DNA of 64,000 nt from contig OY970398.1 of NCBI GenBank assembly GCA_963720535.1, forward strand, positions 3,879,868-3,943,867, read 5' to 3'. Positions within the stretch are counted from its first letter, which is position 1, and every line of letters begins with the position of its first letter. The position numbers were made by a program, and so were the translations under genes. Positions 1 through 9,785 of this stretch are shown here, piece by piece. Under the pieces are notes generated by a model. It saw only the letters and a list, made by a program, of their open reading frames with translations. It did no database searches and was not told the DNA's origin. This DNA is from an uncultured Chitinophagaceae bacterium. GTDB taxonomy: Bacteria; Bacteroidota; Bacteroidia; Chitinophagales; Chitinophagaceae.

Positions 1-540
1 TTCTACATCACATTTCTGTATCGGTACAATTCTACTGCCCCCTAATTTTTCTAGTTGAAGATCAACGTCTTCACCAGCTTTACAAAAAAGTGGATATGAA
101 GTATCTCCTAAAGCAAGTACACTATATTTAAGGTTAGGTAGTTTAAAGCCATTTTGATGTATATGATCGTAGAATTTTTTTGCGGCTGCAGGAGGTTCTC
201 CCTCGCCCTGTGTGCTGATTACAGTTAAAAAGTATTCTTCTTTAGAAAGGTCATTTAAACGGTATTGATCCAAAGCAATTAATTTGGTTTGGATATGATG
301 TTGTTTGGCTTTGTGAGCCAGATCAGTAGCAAGTTTTTTTGAATTACCGGTTTCTGTACCATAGGCAATGGTCAGTTTTTTTACAGCACCCGCAACATTT
401 TCATTTACTTCCTGCAAAGTTTTTTGTTGATCAGCATCACCAATAAAACCACTTAGAAATCCATTAATCCAAATTAACTCTTCCTTGCTGGAAGAATCGA
501 TTAAAGATTGCACAATGGCTTTTTTTTCCTTTGTTAACAT
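1..540 (-). CDS. cysJ: Assimilatory sulfite reductase (NADPH) flavoprotein subunit, N-terminal part only (gene runs off the left edge)
   Basis: Absent from the ORF track because no stop lies in the window. The reverse complement of 1..540 is open and reads MLTKEKKAIVQSLIDSSSKEELIWINGFLSG...KKLTIAYGTETGNSKKLATDLA...VLALGDTSYPLFCKAGEDVD, a flavodoxin-like FMN domain as in CysJ. ATG at 538-540, 9 bp after the cobA stop; last visible gene of the cys operon. Confidence 0.7.
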   Translation of the reverse strand, partial: MLTKEKKAIVQSLIDSSSKEELIWINGFLSGFIGDADQQKTLQEVNENVAGAVKKLTIAYGTETGNSKKLATDLAHKAKQHHIQTKLIALDQYRLNDLSKEEYFLTVISTQGEGEPPAAAKKFYDHIHQNGFKLPNLKYSVLALGDTSYPLFCKAGEDVDLQLEKLGGSRIVPIQKCDVE

Positions 541-549
541 GTTAGTTAT

Positions 550-1377
550 TTATGGCAATGAATAAATTGTCTGTTCTTCAACAGGTTTAAAATAATATTC
601 GCTACCGTTATTATTCTGATTATCGAACCATTTAAATGAATCGTGTAATGCCACTACTTTTCCTATAATCACCAGAGAGGGAGAAATAAATGTTTTTCCC
701 TTTAGTTTCAAATCGTAGTCCTCAAAACTACTTATCTGCACTTGCTGAAAAGGAGTACTCGCCTGAGAAATCACCGCAATTAAATGTTCATTTGAAATTT
801 GATTCCGCTTTAATCTATCTACCAAATGATCAAGTGTATTAGACGACATGTAGAATACTAATGTATCTTTCGCAGCAGCAAGTTCTTTCCAGTATTCTTC
901 GCTCACAACCGTTTTAGTATAATTGGTCAGGAACCTTACTGATGTAGCATATCCCCTTGCAGTAAGTGGAATACCTGCATAAGAGGATGCACCTGAGGCT
1001 GCTGTTATGCCGGGTACAATTTCAAAACGGATTCCTGCTTTTATCAGTATTTGTAATTCATCCAGAATATTAGAAAAGAATGCAGTGTCGCCACCTTTTA
1101 AACGAACAATCAATTTTTTTTCAGCCGCATATGCCACCAACATTTCATTGATATTTGTTTGAGCTGTTGATGCATGATGTTTACACTGTTTGCCAACGTG
1201 CAGAATGGGTGTTCCAGCAGGAACATAAGTATCCAGTATTTCCTGACTCACCAATCTGTCTGTAATTACCAGATCAGCTTCCCCCAAATAACGGGCAGCT
1301 TTTACAGTAATTAATTCAGGGTCGCCGCATCCTGCTCCTGCTAAAATTACTTTCCCAAATTGAGTTGACCGTTTCAT
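550..1377 (-). CDS. cobA: Uroporphyrinogen-III C-methyltransferase (siroheme branch)
   Basis: 275-aa ORF with tetrapyrrole-methylase motifs GAGCGDPELITVKA, ITDRLV and RLKGGD. It sits in a cys operon, where siroheme is required by sulfite reductase. Confidence 0.85.
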   Translation of the reverse strand: MKRSTQFGKVILAGAGCGDPELITVKAARYLGEADLVITDRLVSQEILDTYVPAGTPILHVGKQCKHHASTAQTNINEMLVAYAAEKKLIVRLKGGDTAFFSNILDELQILIKAGIRFEIVPGITAASGASSYAGIPLTARGYATSVRFLTNYTKTVVSEEYWKELAAAKDTLVFYMSSNTLDHLVDRLKRNQISNEHLIAVISQASTPFQQVQISSFEDYDLKLKGKTFISPSLVIIGKVVALHDSFKWFDNQNNNGSEYYFKPVEEQTIYSLP

Positions 1378-1439
1378 AAAATCTACTATTTAAGCAGGTT
1401 ACCTTTCAACAGGTAACGGTAAGTTTTCCGCACAAAATT

Positions 1440-2351
1440 TTAGAACAATCCTTCGATTGATAAATATCTTTCTCCGGTATCGTAGTTGAATGTAAGCACC
1501 CTTGATCCGGAAGGAATTTCTGTTAATTTTTTAGCAACAGCAGCCAGAGATGCACCGGTTGACACACCCACCAGAATTCCTTCTTGTTTAGCAATATCTT
1601 GTGCAAATTGGAAAGCTTCGTCTTTTGATACAGTAATAATTCCATCCAATATTTCAGTATTTAAAATAGAGGGAACAAAACCCGCACCAATACCCTGAAT
1701 TGGATGAGGACCCGGAGCACCACCACTTAACACTGGCGATAATTCAGGCTCAACAGCAAATACTTTAAGGTTCGGAAACTTTGCTTTTAATACTTCAGCA
1801 ACTCCAGTGATATGTCCTCCGGTTCCAACGCCGGTAATAACATAATCCAAGCCATCCGGAAAATCTGCAATGATTTCCTGTGCTGTTGTTTTTCTATGAA
1901 TTTCGGTATTAGCAGGATTATCAAACTGCTGGGGCATCCAAGCATTTGCAGTAGATTCTACCAGCTCTTTGGCTTTTTCAATAGCCCCCTTCATTCCTTT
2001 TTCACGTGGTGTTAAAACAAACTCAGCACCATATAACGACATCAACCTGCGACGTTCAATGCTCATGCTTTCGGGCATCACTAATATAATCTTGTATCCC
2101 TTAACTGCTGCAACCAATGCCAAACCAATACCCGTATTTCCCGATGTAGGTTCTATGATGATACTGTCTTTATTCAGCAACCCCTTTTCCTCAGCATCTT
2201 CAATCATGGCAAGAGCAATTCGATCCTTAATACTAGAGCCCGGATTTGTTCTTTCTAATTTTATCCAAACTTCGTGGTTCTCACCAAAAAGTTTACTCAA
2301 TCGCACATGTGGTGTATTGCCGATGGTTGCTAGGATGTTGTTTGCTTTCAT
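1440..2351 (-). CDS. cysK: Cysteine synthase A (O-acetylserine sulfhydrylase)
   Basis: 303 aa. PLP-lysine context SSIKDRIA, plus [10 protein letters not shown] and [10 protein letters not shown] motifs. Confidence 0.9.
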   Translation of the reverse strand: MKANNILATIGNTPHVRLSKLFGENHEVWIKLERTNPGSSIKDRIALAMIEDAEEKGLLNKDSIIIEPTSGNTGIGLALVAAVKGYKIILVMPESMSIERRRLMSLYGAEFVLTPREKGMKGAIEKAKELVESTANAWMPQQFDNPANTEIHRKTTAQEIIADFPDGLDYVITGVGTGGHITGVAEVLKAKFPNLKVFAVEPELSPVLSGGAPGPHPIQGIGAGFVPSILNTEILDGIITVSKDEAFQFAQDIAKQEGILVGVSTGASLAAVAKKLTEIPSGSRVLTFNYDTGERYLSIEGLF

Positions 2352-2370
2352 GGTTATTTTTTAATAGTTT

Positions 2371-3204
2371 TTAAATGACAAAATTTAAAGCTTCAGTTTC
2401 GGGATTTTTATCTTTTACAGAAACCTCGCTCTTATGATAAACAATTGAATTTGGCAATACACTATAAGTGAGCCATACATTACCCCCAATAACACTATCA
2501 TGTCCTACGATGGTACTGCCACCTAGAATTGTTGCACCTGAATAAATAATTACATTGTCTTCGATAGTGGGATGTCTTTTTGAACTGGCTTTATCCTTGC
2601 TCACGTTTAATGCACCGAGTGTCACGCCCTGATAGATCTTCACATTATTACCGATTACAGTTGTTTCACCGATTACGATTCCTGTACCATGATCAATAAA
2701 AAATGAATCCCCGATTGTAGCTCCCGGATGAATATCAATTCCCGTTTTGCTATGCGCATACTCAGTAAATATTCTTGGCAGAATTTTAACCTCCAGATCC
2801 CAAAGCAAATGAGAAAGTCGATAAATAGCAGTAGCATAAAAACCCGGATACGCCACCAACACTTCTTCAACTGAAACTGCTGCGGGGTCGAAATTTAAAA
2901 TGGTATTTGCATCTTTAATCAGGTTAGCGTATAAAGAAGGTATTGCCTCAAAGAAATCTTTTGCAATAGTTTGCGTTTTAACACCATCAGGTATCACATC
3001 ATATACGAGACTCGAAAAATGACTCTTTAATGATTCAAATTCTTTTTCCAAATCAGACGCTTGTTTGTGTCGAACAGTCTTGGGCAGAAAAAGAAACTCG
3101 AATAATTTATCAATGAATTCCTGCGCCAATTCCTTATCCGGGAAAAACGAAAAATTCTTTGAGTTCTGATGAAATAGTTTGGTTATAAATTCTTTTTGTG
3201 TCAT
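2371..3204 (-). CDS. cysE: Serine O-acetyltransferase
   Basis: 277 aa. Hexapeptide-repeat beta-helix (GIDIHPGATIGDSFFIDHGTGIVIGETTVIGNNV) after a helical N-domain. Lies next to cysK. Confidence 0.85.
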   Translation of the reverse strand: MTQKEFITKLFHQNSKNFSFFPDKELAQEFIDKLFEFLFLPKTVRHKQASDLEKEFESLKSHFSSLVYDVIPDGVKTQTIAKDFFEAIPSLYANLIKDANTILNFDPAAVSVEEVLVAYPGFYATAIYRLSHLLWDLEVKILPRIFTEYAHSKTGIDIHPGATIGDSFFIDHGTGIVIGETTVIGNNVKIYQGVTLGALNVSKDKASSKRHPTIEDNVIIYSGATILGGSTIVGHDSVIGGNVWLTYSVLPNSIVYHKSEVSVKDKNPETEALNFVI

Positions 3205-3219
3205 ATTATGTTATAGAAA

Positions 3220-4461
3220 TTATTGTATCATGCATGCACCCACAGTTACATGACTTGTTTCATCTATCAAAATTGCTCCACCATTTACTCTTAACCTTCG
3301 ATAGGAATCAAAAGGGATAGGCGATGCAGTTTTAATAACGGCTTTTACGATATCGTTTAATTGTACTTTTTCAGGTGCTTCTTCCTGCTCTAATGAATTT
3401 ACATTCACTTTATACAAGATCTCTTTTACAACAGCACGTACCAATCTGCTATTCAACTGCAGTTGATATTTGTTCCCGGCAATTAAAGGCTTTGCATCCA
3501 TCCAGCACAAGAGTACTTCCAGTTCGTTCGAAACAGAAGGCTGGTTATCCGTTAATGTTATCAAATCGCCTCTACTCACATCCACATCATCTGTTAAATG
3601 CAGAATAGCGCTTTGCGGTGCGAATGCTTCTTCAACTTCTGCACCTCCAACTTCAATTGCCGAAATAGTGGTGGTTAAGCCTGAAGGCTGAATAGTAACG
3701 GCATCTCCTTTTTGATAAATTCCACTCACAATCCGTCCTGCATATCCTCTGTAATCGTGCAGTGCTTCTGTTTGCGGGCGAATCACATACTGAACAGGAA
3801 ATCGTGCATCAGTAAGATTAATATCTTCAGACAGTGGCACTTCTTCCAAAATATTTAATAAACATTCCCCCTCATACCAATCCATATGAGACGATTTGTC
3901 AACAATATTATCTCCATTCAAAGCACTGATAGGTATGTAGATCACGTCTTTCAAACCCAACGACTTTGCAACCGCAGCATAATCAATTAGAATATTATTA
4001 TAAACGTCGTGCGAATAATCTACCAGATCCATTTTGTTTATTGCAACAACGGTATGTGGAATATTGAGTAAAGAGGTAATGATGGAATGCCTTCTGGTTT
4101 GCTCCACCACCCCATGTCTTGCATCTATTAAAATAATTGCGAGGTCGGAATTAGAAGCACCTGTTACCATATTTCTGGTGTACTGAATATGGCCCGGAGC
4201 ATCTGCAATAATGAATTTACGTTTGGGTGTTGAAAAATATTTGTATGCCACATCAATGGTAATACCCTGCTCCCTTTCTGCACGCAATCCATCAGTGAGT
4301 AAGGCAAGATCTATTTCGCCATCCTCCCTGTTTTTTGTTTGCTTCTCAATTGCTTCCAATTGATCAATCATGATCGATTTACTGTCGTACAATAATCTGC
4401 CGATCAGGGTACTCTTCCCATCATCCACACTTCCAGCCGTAATAAATCTAAGAATGTCCAT
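3220..4461 (-). CDS. cysN: Sulfate adenylyltransferase subunit 1 (GTPase subunit); no fused APS-kinase domain
   Basis: 413 aa with GTPase motifs GSVDDGKSTLIGRLL, DAPGH and NKMD. The ORF ends after the EF-Tu-like beta-barrel domains. Confidence 0.9.
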   Translation of the reverse strand: MDILRFITAGSVDDGKSTLIGRLLYDSKSIMIDQLEAIEKQTKNREDGEIDLALLTDGLRAEREQGITIDVAYKYFSTPKRKFIIADAPGHIQYTRNMVTGASNSDLAIILIDARHGVVEQTRRHSIITSLLNIPHTVVAINKMDLVDYSHDVYNNILIDYAAVAKSLGLKDVIYIPISALNGDNIVDKSSHMDWYEGECLLNILEEVPLSEDINLTDARFPVQYVIRPQTEALHDYRGYAGRIVSGIYQKGDAVTIQPSGLTTTISAIEVGGAEVEEAFAPQSAILHLTDDVDVSRGDLITLTDNQPSVSNELEVLLCWMDAKPLIAGNKYQLQLNSRLVRAVVKEILYKVNVNSLEQEEAPEKVQLNDIVKAVIKTASPIPFDSYRRLRVNGGAILIDETSHVTVGACMIQ

Positions 4462-4504
4462 TATTTATGCTTAATCAGTTTAAAATTTTATTTAGAGAAT
4501 ATTA

Positions 4505-5413
4505 TTAAAAATATCCGTTCTTTTTCCGGTCTTCCATTGCAGCTTCACTCACCTTATCGTCAATTCTGGTTTCACCGCGTTCACTTGTTTTAGTGGCAAT
4601 GATTTCTTTAATGATATCGTCAATATCAGAAGCGCTACTCTCTACCGCAGCGGTACAGGTCATATCACCCACAGTGCGATAGCGAACCCTTTTGCGTGAA
4701 ATTTTATCAGTAGGTTCAAGGTTTACAAATTCCGATACGGCTACTAATTGGCCTTCGTGTTCCAACACTTCTCTCTCGTGCGCAAAATAAATAGAAGGCA
4801 ATTCAATTTTTTCTTTCCTGATATAATTCCAGATATCCAATTCTGTCCAATTGCTGATTGGAAACACACGTACATTCTCTCCTTTATCAATCCTTCCATT
4901 ATAAGTGTTCCAAAGTTCAGGTCTTTGCAGTTTAGGATTCCACTGACCGAATTCGTCTCTCACAGAAAATATTCTTTCCTTGGCTCTTGCTTTTTCTTCA
5001 TCCCTTCGTGCACCACCAATACAAGCATCAAATTTGAATTCTTCAATGGTATCTAATAAGGTATATGTCTGCAATGCATTTCTGCTCGCAAATTTCCCTT
5101 TGGGCTCTGCCAGATTTTTTGCTTTAATGGTATCTCCAACATGTCGCACAATCAGTTTTTCTCCAATTCGTTCCACCATCGCATCGCGATAATCCAGCGC
5201 TTCCTGAAAATTATGACCAGTATCGATATGCACTAATGGGAAAGGGAATTTACCCGGACGAAATGCTTTGAGGGCTAGCTGTACTAGCACGATAGAATCC
5301 TTACCACCACTGAATAACAAAGCAGGTCGCTCAAACTGTCCTGCAACTTCACGCATAATGTGAATCGACTCAGATTCTAACTGCTCTAAATAATTTAATT
5401 GATACTTACTCAT
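4505..5413 (-). CDS. cysD: Sulfate adenylyltransferase subunit 2
   Basis: 302 aa. PP-loop SGGKDS (LFSGGKDSIV), adjacent to cysN. Confidence 0.9.
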   Translation of the reverse strand: MSKYQLNYLEQLESESIHIMREVAGQFERPALLFSGGKDSIVLVQLALKAFRPGKFPFPLVHIDTGHNFQEALDYRDAMVERIGEKLIVRHVGDTIKAKNLAEPKGKFASRNALQTYTLLDTIEEFKFDACIGGARRDEEKARAKERIFSVRDEFGQWNPKLQRPELWNTYNGRIDKGENVRVFPISNWTELDIWNYIRKEKIELPSIYFAHEREVLEHEGQLVAVSEFVNLEPTDKISRKRVRYRTVGDMTCTAAVESSASDIDDIIKEIIATKTSERGETRIDDKVSEAAMEDRKKNGYF

Positions 5414-5458
5414 TTTCGAATATTAAAAGGCCTGCGCCAATTTTTTAAAACTTCATTC

Positions 5459-6175
5459 TTATTTGTGCTCATGCAAACCGCATTCTTTTTTATCTGCCTC
5501 TTCCCACCACCAGCGCCCCGCTCTGAAATCTTCTCCTGGCTTGATTGCGCGGGTACATGGAGCACAACCAATACTAACAAATCCTTTATCGTGCAATGGG
5601 TTGTAAGGGATATTGTGTTCGCGAATAAATGCAGCAACCTGATCAGTTGTCCAATCCAGAATAGGATGATATTTTATGATCTGATTGCTTTCGTCCCATT
5701 CGATAGATTGCAAATCCTGCCTTGCAGCGGAATGCTCTGCGCGTAATCCCGTCACCCAAATTGCGTTTCCCTTCAATGCCCTTTTTAAGGGCTCTACTTT
5801 GCGTATATAGCAACAATTTTTTCTGTTTTCGACCGACTCATAAAAAGCATTTGGACCTTTCTCCTGTACGAATGTTTCTAATAAATCGTGCTGTGGATAA
5901 TACGCTTTAATATTATTCTGATAACGACTAATCGTACTACTCCAAACACTGTAAGTTTCTGTAAATAAACGCCCCGTATCCAATGTAAATATTTGGATAG
6001 GCAATTGCTGTGTGGCAATCATATGCGTGATTACCTGATCTTCGTAACTAAAGCTGGATGAGAACACCACTTTTTCTCCGAATTGCGCAGACAAATGCTT
6101 CAAAGCCTGTTCGGGTTGAAAAGACTTTATTTGGTTGATTAGTCCGGGGATATGTAGCGATAATTGATTGTTCAT
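5459..6175 (-). CDS. cysH: Adenylylsulfate (APS)/PAPS reductase, thioredoxin-dependent; Fe-S cluster-type cysteine pattern
   Basis: The track ORF runs 5459..6274, but homology starts at MNNQLSLH (ATG at 6173-6175). Motifs seen: NCCYIRKVEPL, GCAPCT and C-terminal ECGLH. Confidence 0.85.
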   Translation of the reverse strand: MNNQLSLHIPGLINQIKSFQPEQALKHLSAQFGEKVVFSSSFSYEDQVITHMIATQQLPIQIFTLDTGRLFTETYSVWSSTISRYQNNIKAYYPQHDLLETFVQEKGPNAFYESVENRKNCCYIRKVEPLKRALKGNAIWVTGLRAEHSAARQDLQSIEWDESNQIIKYHPILDWTTDQVAAFIREHNIPYNPLHDKGFVSIGCAPCTRAIKPGEDFRAGRWWWEEADKKECGLHEHK

Positions 6176-6315
6176 TTTTTCTGTTGTAAAGATAATTAGC
6201 AATGATGGGTTACTGCAAAGATTAACAGCAGCAACATTTGCTATTGCAACAGAAAGGCGTATGCGTATGTGCAAGAAATAGGTTCATGTGCGTATTAGTC
6301 TACTCAATCAGTGCA

Positions 6316-6323
6316 CAAATATA
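6316..6323 (-). promoter_or_regulatory. Candidate Bacteroidota -7 box (TATATTTG) for the cys operon
   Basis: The minus strand reads TATATTTG (matches TAnnTTTG) with a TTG 18 nt upstream. It lies about 140 nt upstream of the cysH ATG and is overlapped by an 8-bp inverted repeat (TACCAATT 6322-6329 / AATTGGTA 6361-6368). Confidence 0.35.
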
Positions 6324-6491
6324 CCAATTTTGCGGTTTCATCAAAATATAATTCCTATTTAATTGGTAGACTTCAAAAAAAAGACCTTATTATGACAAAA
6401 TAAAATACGAACGTTAGTTTGTAAGTTGATTCCAACTTGGGGTTCATACACAAATACCTTACGATATTCAGTGGATTACTCATTCAGATTT

Positions 6492-7880
6492 TTATTTGGA
6501 TACCTTATAAAGAACAGTTCCATGAGGATTGACTGCAACAGAAAGCATCTGAGCTGTTCTCTTCTCTTTTTTACCAATCCATAGGTCTTTAATAGTATAA
6601 TTACCTTTTATAGCAAGCTCTTTTAAAACGGACACGCTTATTGTTTGTGCAGTATCGGCTGCATTAAAAAAAGCAACATATTTATTTCCTGTAGTAGGAT
6701 CATCAGCCGTCCAAACAATCTTATTTTCTGCATTCAATATTTGCCTATTATTAACGCTGTGATTGAGTAGATACAATACTTCTTTATTTGTAAGTAACGA
6801 CAGGGTAAAAGAATCATTGCCGGGGAGGTCTCCTCCAAACATCAGTGGCGATTTAAAGATGCTCCACAAAGTAATTACAGTGTACTGTTCATCTTTGCTG
6901 AATAACGACATGCGGTCATTTCCGCGTTCAGCTTTAATACCGAGATGACCCAATGGCAACATATCGCCATCAGGATAAGCACCATCAATTCGATATTGGT
7001 TCCAGCGGGCAAAAATGTCGAAATGAGCTTTTAGTTCCTGCCAATTGTCCCAGAAGTCATCAATGGTTCGCCACATATTTGCGTTTGCCTGTACATGCTT
7101 TCCTTCTGCAATGGGTGTTTCGCCTGGGGAACAGCTTAGTACCATTTTTCTACCACATTTGTCAATGGCTCTACGCAGCATTTCAATTTCTTCCTTATGA
7201 TAAGGCCGAGACAAATCATCGCACTTGATAAAATCAACTCCCCATGCCGCATATAAATTAATGATTGAATTATAATATTCCTGTGCTCCCGGTTTTGTTG
7301 ATACTACAGTATACATATCATGCAACCATGGGCATTGAACACTATCGCTAAAAATATCAGCGGCTGTTCTATCAGTACCGTATATCTGCATTTTGTTTTT
7401 TACAGCAATAACCGGTACACCACGCATGATATGAATGCCAAGCTTTAGACCTTTGCTGTGTAGGTAATCGGCAAGTGGTTTAAAACCTTTGCCACCTGCC
7501 GAGGAGGGAAAGCGGTTAACGGCAGGTAAATACCTTCCAAAACTATCAATACTATATTGCGGGTCGGTTTCGTTGTAGCCGTGCGATTTATCATTGGCTA
7601 CATACCAGCGGATATCAACTACAATATAATTCCAGCCATATTGTTTCAGGTTTTGGGCCATGTAATCAGCGTTGGCTTTAACTTCCGCTTCAGTAACATT
7701 GGGTCCATAACAGTCCCAGCTATTCCATCCCATCGGTGGTGTTGGCGCCCAGCTATGAAAATCTTTTTGCCCCTTTATTTGAGCATGTATCAACTGCCAA
7801 AAAAATAGTGCAAAAAATAAAACCAAAGTATTCTTATTATATCCCTTTATTCTCATGTTTTGTTTATTGCTTAGGTTCAA
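6492..7880 (-). CDS. Glycoside hydrolase family 27-like (alpha-galactosidase / beta-L-arabinopyranosidase type), secreted
   Basis: 462 aa with a signal peptide (LVLFFALFFWQLIHAQ). PPMGWNSWDCYG and DFIKCDD motifs match clan GH-D melibiase-type enzymes. The start could instead be the second Met at 7856. Confidence 0.65.
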   Translation of the reverse strand: MNLSNKQNMRIKGYNKNTLVLFFALFFWQLIHAQIKGQKDFHSWAPTPPMGWNSWDCYGPNVTEAEVKANADYMAQNLKQYGWNYIVVDIRWYVANDKSHGYNETDPQYSIDSFGRYLPAVNRFPSSAGGKGFKPLADYLHSKGLKLGIHIMRGVPVIAVKNKMQIYGTDRTAADIFSDSVQCPWLHDMYTVVSTKPGAQEYYNSIINLYAAWGVDFIKCDDLSRPYHKEEIEMLRRAIDKCGRKMVLSCSPGETPIAEGKHVQANANMWRTIDDFWDNWQELKAHFDIFARWNQYRIDGAYPDGDMLPLGHLGIKAERGNDRMSLFSKDEQYTVITLWSIFKSPLMFGGDLPGNDSFTLSLLTNKEVLYLLNHSVNNRQILNAENKIVWTADDPTTGNKYVAFFNAADTAQTISVSVLKELAIKGNYTIKDLWIGKKEKRTAQMLSVAVNPHGTVLYKVSK

Positions 7881-7883
7881 AGA

Positions 7884-9692
7884 TTATCGCAACTCACTTA
7901 ATACCGGCTTATCTAAAGCACTCAGCACATTTTGTTCAGGCTTAGTTAACTCAAAAATCACCAGTTCATTCTTCCCTTTTGTAAGCCATTCGGCAGGAAC
8001 ATATATTGTTTGTTGTGGCCCTTTTTCCCAATACCTTCCTAAGTTGTGACCGTTTAACCATACCGCTCCCTTTCCCCAACTACGCATATCAAAATAAGTA
8101 TCACCAACTGTTTGAAGGGTAAAACTTGCTTTCTTTAAAGCAGCCACGCCAGGAGCTGGTTTGTTTTTTAATACTATTTTATCAGGATTTGTCATAGGAA
8201 GTGAAAACATTTGCCAGCCTTTTAATTCAATACCATTCAATGATACCATTTCTGTAATGCCTTTATTGTTCTTTAATAAGTTGGGGCCAAAGTTTATGCG
8301 TCCCCCGTTTTCAACCAAGATATCGATGGTATTTTCACCTGCTGATACCTCAATATACAGGCTATCTTTTTTTAGCATTCGATCAACCACACCTTGCTTT
8401 TTTCCATTTACATACACAATACCATAATCCCTTAACTCTTTTATTTTTAAAATCCCAGATTTAGCTTTATTTACTTTGGTACGATACAAAACATACCCAT
8501 AAGCCTGATTTAATTTTTCGAATGTAAGTGGTTGAGTTGAAGCAATTGGCTTTGGTAAAATGGAAAATATATCTGCTGCAGTCTGAAATGTTATTGATGG
8601 AATAAGAATTGTTTTTTTGGGTGCAGGTACAGCAGGTAGTGGTTTTGCAATATGTTTTTGAATAACGGAACGAAACTGCATGAATTTATCAGTTGCATTT
8701 CCGGCTTCATCCAATGGTGCATCATAATCATAGCTACTGATCTGAGGCTCAAAGTAAGAACTGTCATAACAATTAGCACCATTCATAAAGCCACGTGTGG
8801 TACCGCCATGAAACATATACATATTGATAGAAATACCAGCGCTAAGCATTGCATCTAATTCTCCCACATATTTTGCAGCAGGAACAGTATGGTGCTTTTC
8901 TCCCCACCAATCAAACCAAGCTGGATACCATTCTGCCACCAGGAATGGACCTTTACCGTTGTTATTTTCTTTTACAATGGCTTTCAATTTTATAGGATCA
9001 GTTACACCGTTTACCGCAGTCATCAGTCCAGGTAATTTTCCTTTAGCAACATCATTTACAGGATCGCAGGTGTACAGCACTGTATTGAAGCCTGCATCCA
9101 TAAACATTTTCCGGTTGATGTCAAGATATTCTTTATCACTACCATAAGAACCATATTCATTCTCAACCTGCGTCATAATAATGTTGCCGCCATTAGAAAT
9201 TAAATAAGGTGATAACTGCTTACCGATCTCATGAATATACTTTTTATATTCAGCCAGATATTGCGTTTCCTTACTACGAACCACAAGTCCTTTTTCATTT
9301 TGCAACCAGTATGGATAACCACCAAATTCCCACTCAGCGCATACATAAGGCGATGGCCTTACAATTACCCAAAGTCCTTCTTCCTTTGCAGTTTTAACAA
9401 AAGCGGCAATATCATTATTGCCCGAAAAATCAAAGCGACCTTTTTCAGGCTCATTTACATTCCAGAAAATATAGGTGCCAATTGTATTAATGCCCATCGC
9501 TTTTGCCATTTGCATACGTTGGCGCCATGCCTCTCTTGGCACACGAGGATAATGCAACTCCCCCGAAATAATTTGAAAGGGTTTACCATCCAATAAAAAA
9601 GCACTATCGCCTAAACTAAATGTATGTTTTACTGGTTGAGCAAATATGCTGCATTGTAATAAGAGTAATAAAGGGAAAAGACATTTCTTCAT
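7884..9692 (-). CDS. Beta-galactosidase, glycoside hydrolase family 35, secreted
   Basis: 602 aa with a signal peptide. Motifs seen: GELHYPRVPREAWRQRM, acid/base VENEYG, and nucleophile region LVAEWYPAWFDWWG. Confidence 0.9.
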   Translation of the reverse strand: MKKCLFPLLLLLQCSIFAQPVKHTFSLGDSAFLLDGKPFQIISGELHYPRVPREAWRQRMQMAKAMGINTIGTYIFWNVNEPEKGRFDFSGNNDIAAFVKTAKEEGLWVIVRPSPYVCAEWEFGGYPYWLQNEKGLVVRSKETQYLAEYKKYIHEIGKQLSPYLISNGGNIIMTQVENEYGSYGSDKEYLDINRKMFMDAGFNTVLYTCDPVNDVAKGKLPGLMTAVNGVTDPIKLKAIVKENNNGKGPFLVAEWYPAWFDWWGEKHHTVPAAKYVGELDAMLSAGISINMYMFHGGTTRGFMNGANCYDSSYFEPQISSYDYDAPLDEAGNATDKFMQFRSVIQKHIAKPLPAVPAPKKTILIPSITFQTAADIFSILPKPIASTQPLTFEKLNQAYGYVLYRTKVNKAKSGILKIKELRDYGIVYVNGKKQGVVDRMLKKDSLYIEVSAGENTIDILVENGGRINFGPNLLKNNKGITEMVSLNGIELKGWQMFSLPMTNPDKIVLKNKPAPGVAALKKASFTLQTVGDTYFDMRSWGKGAVWLNGHNLGRYWEKGPQQTIYVPAEWLTKGKNELVIFELTKPEQNVLSALDKPVLSELR

Positions 9693-9785
9693 CTGGTTAC
9701 TATTTATATTTTCGCAATTTTTCTTTTATTTTTATTGACACCTTGTGTAGCCAGAAGAATAATACAATTCTGGCCAGTGTATTTA

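Noticed and set aside
6176-6274. N-terminal extension of the cysH ORF (MHIRIRLSVAIANVAAV..., 33 extra codons).
   Set aside because: The extension has no similarity to CysH proteins, and the conserved sequence begins at the internal ATG (6175). The extension region is better explained as the 5-prime leader.
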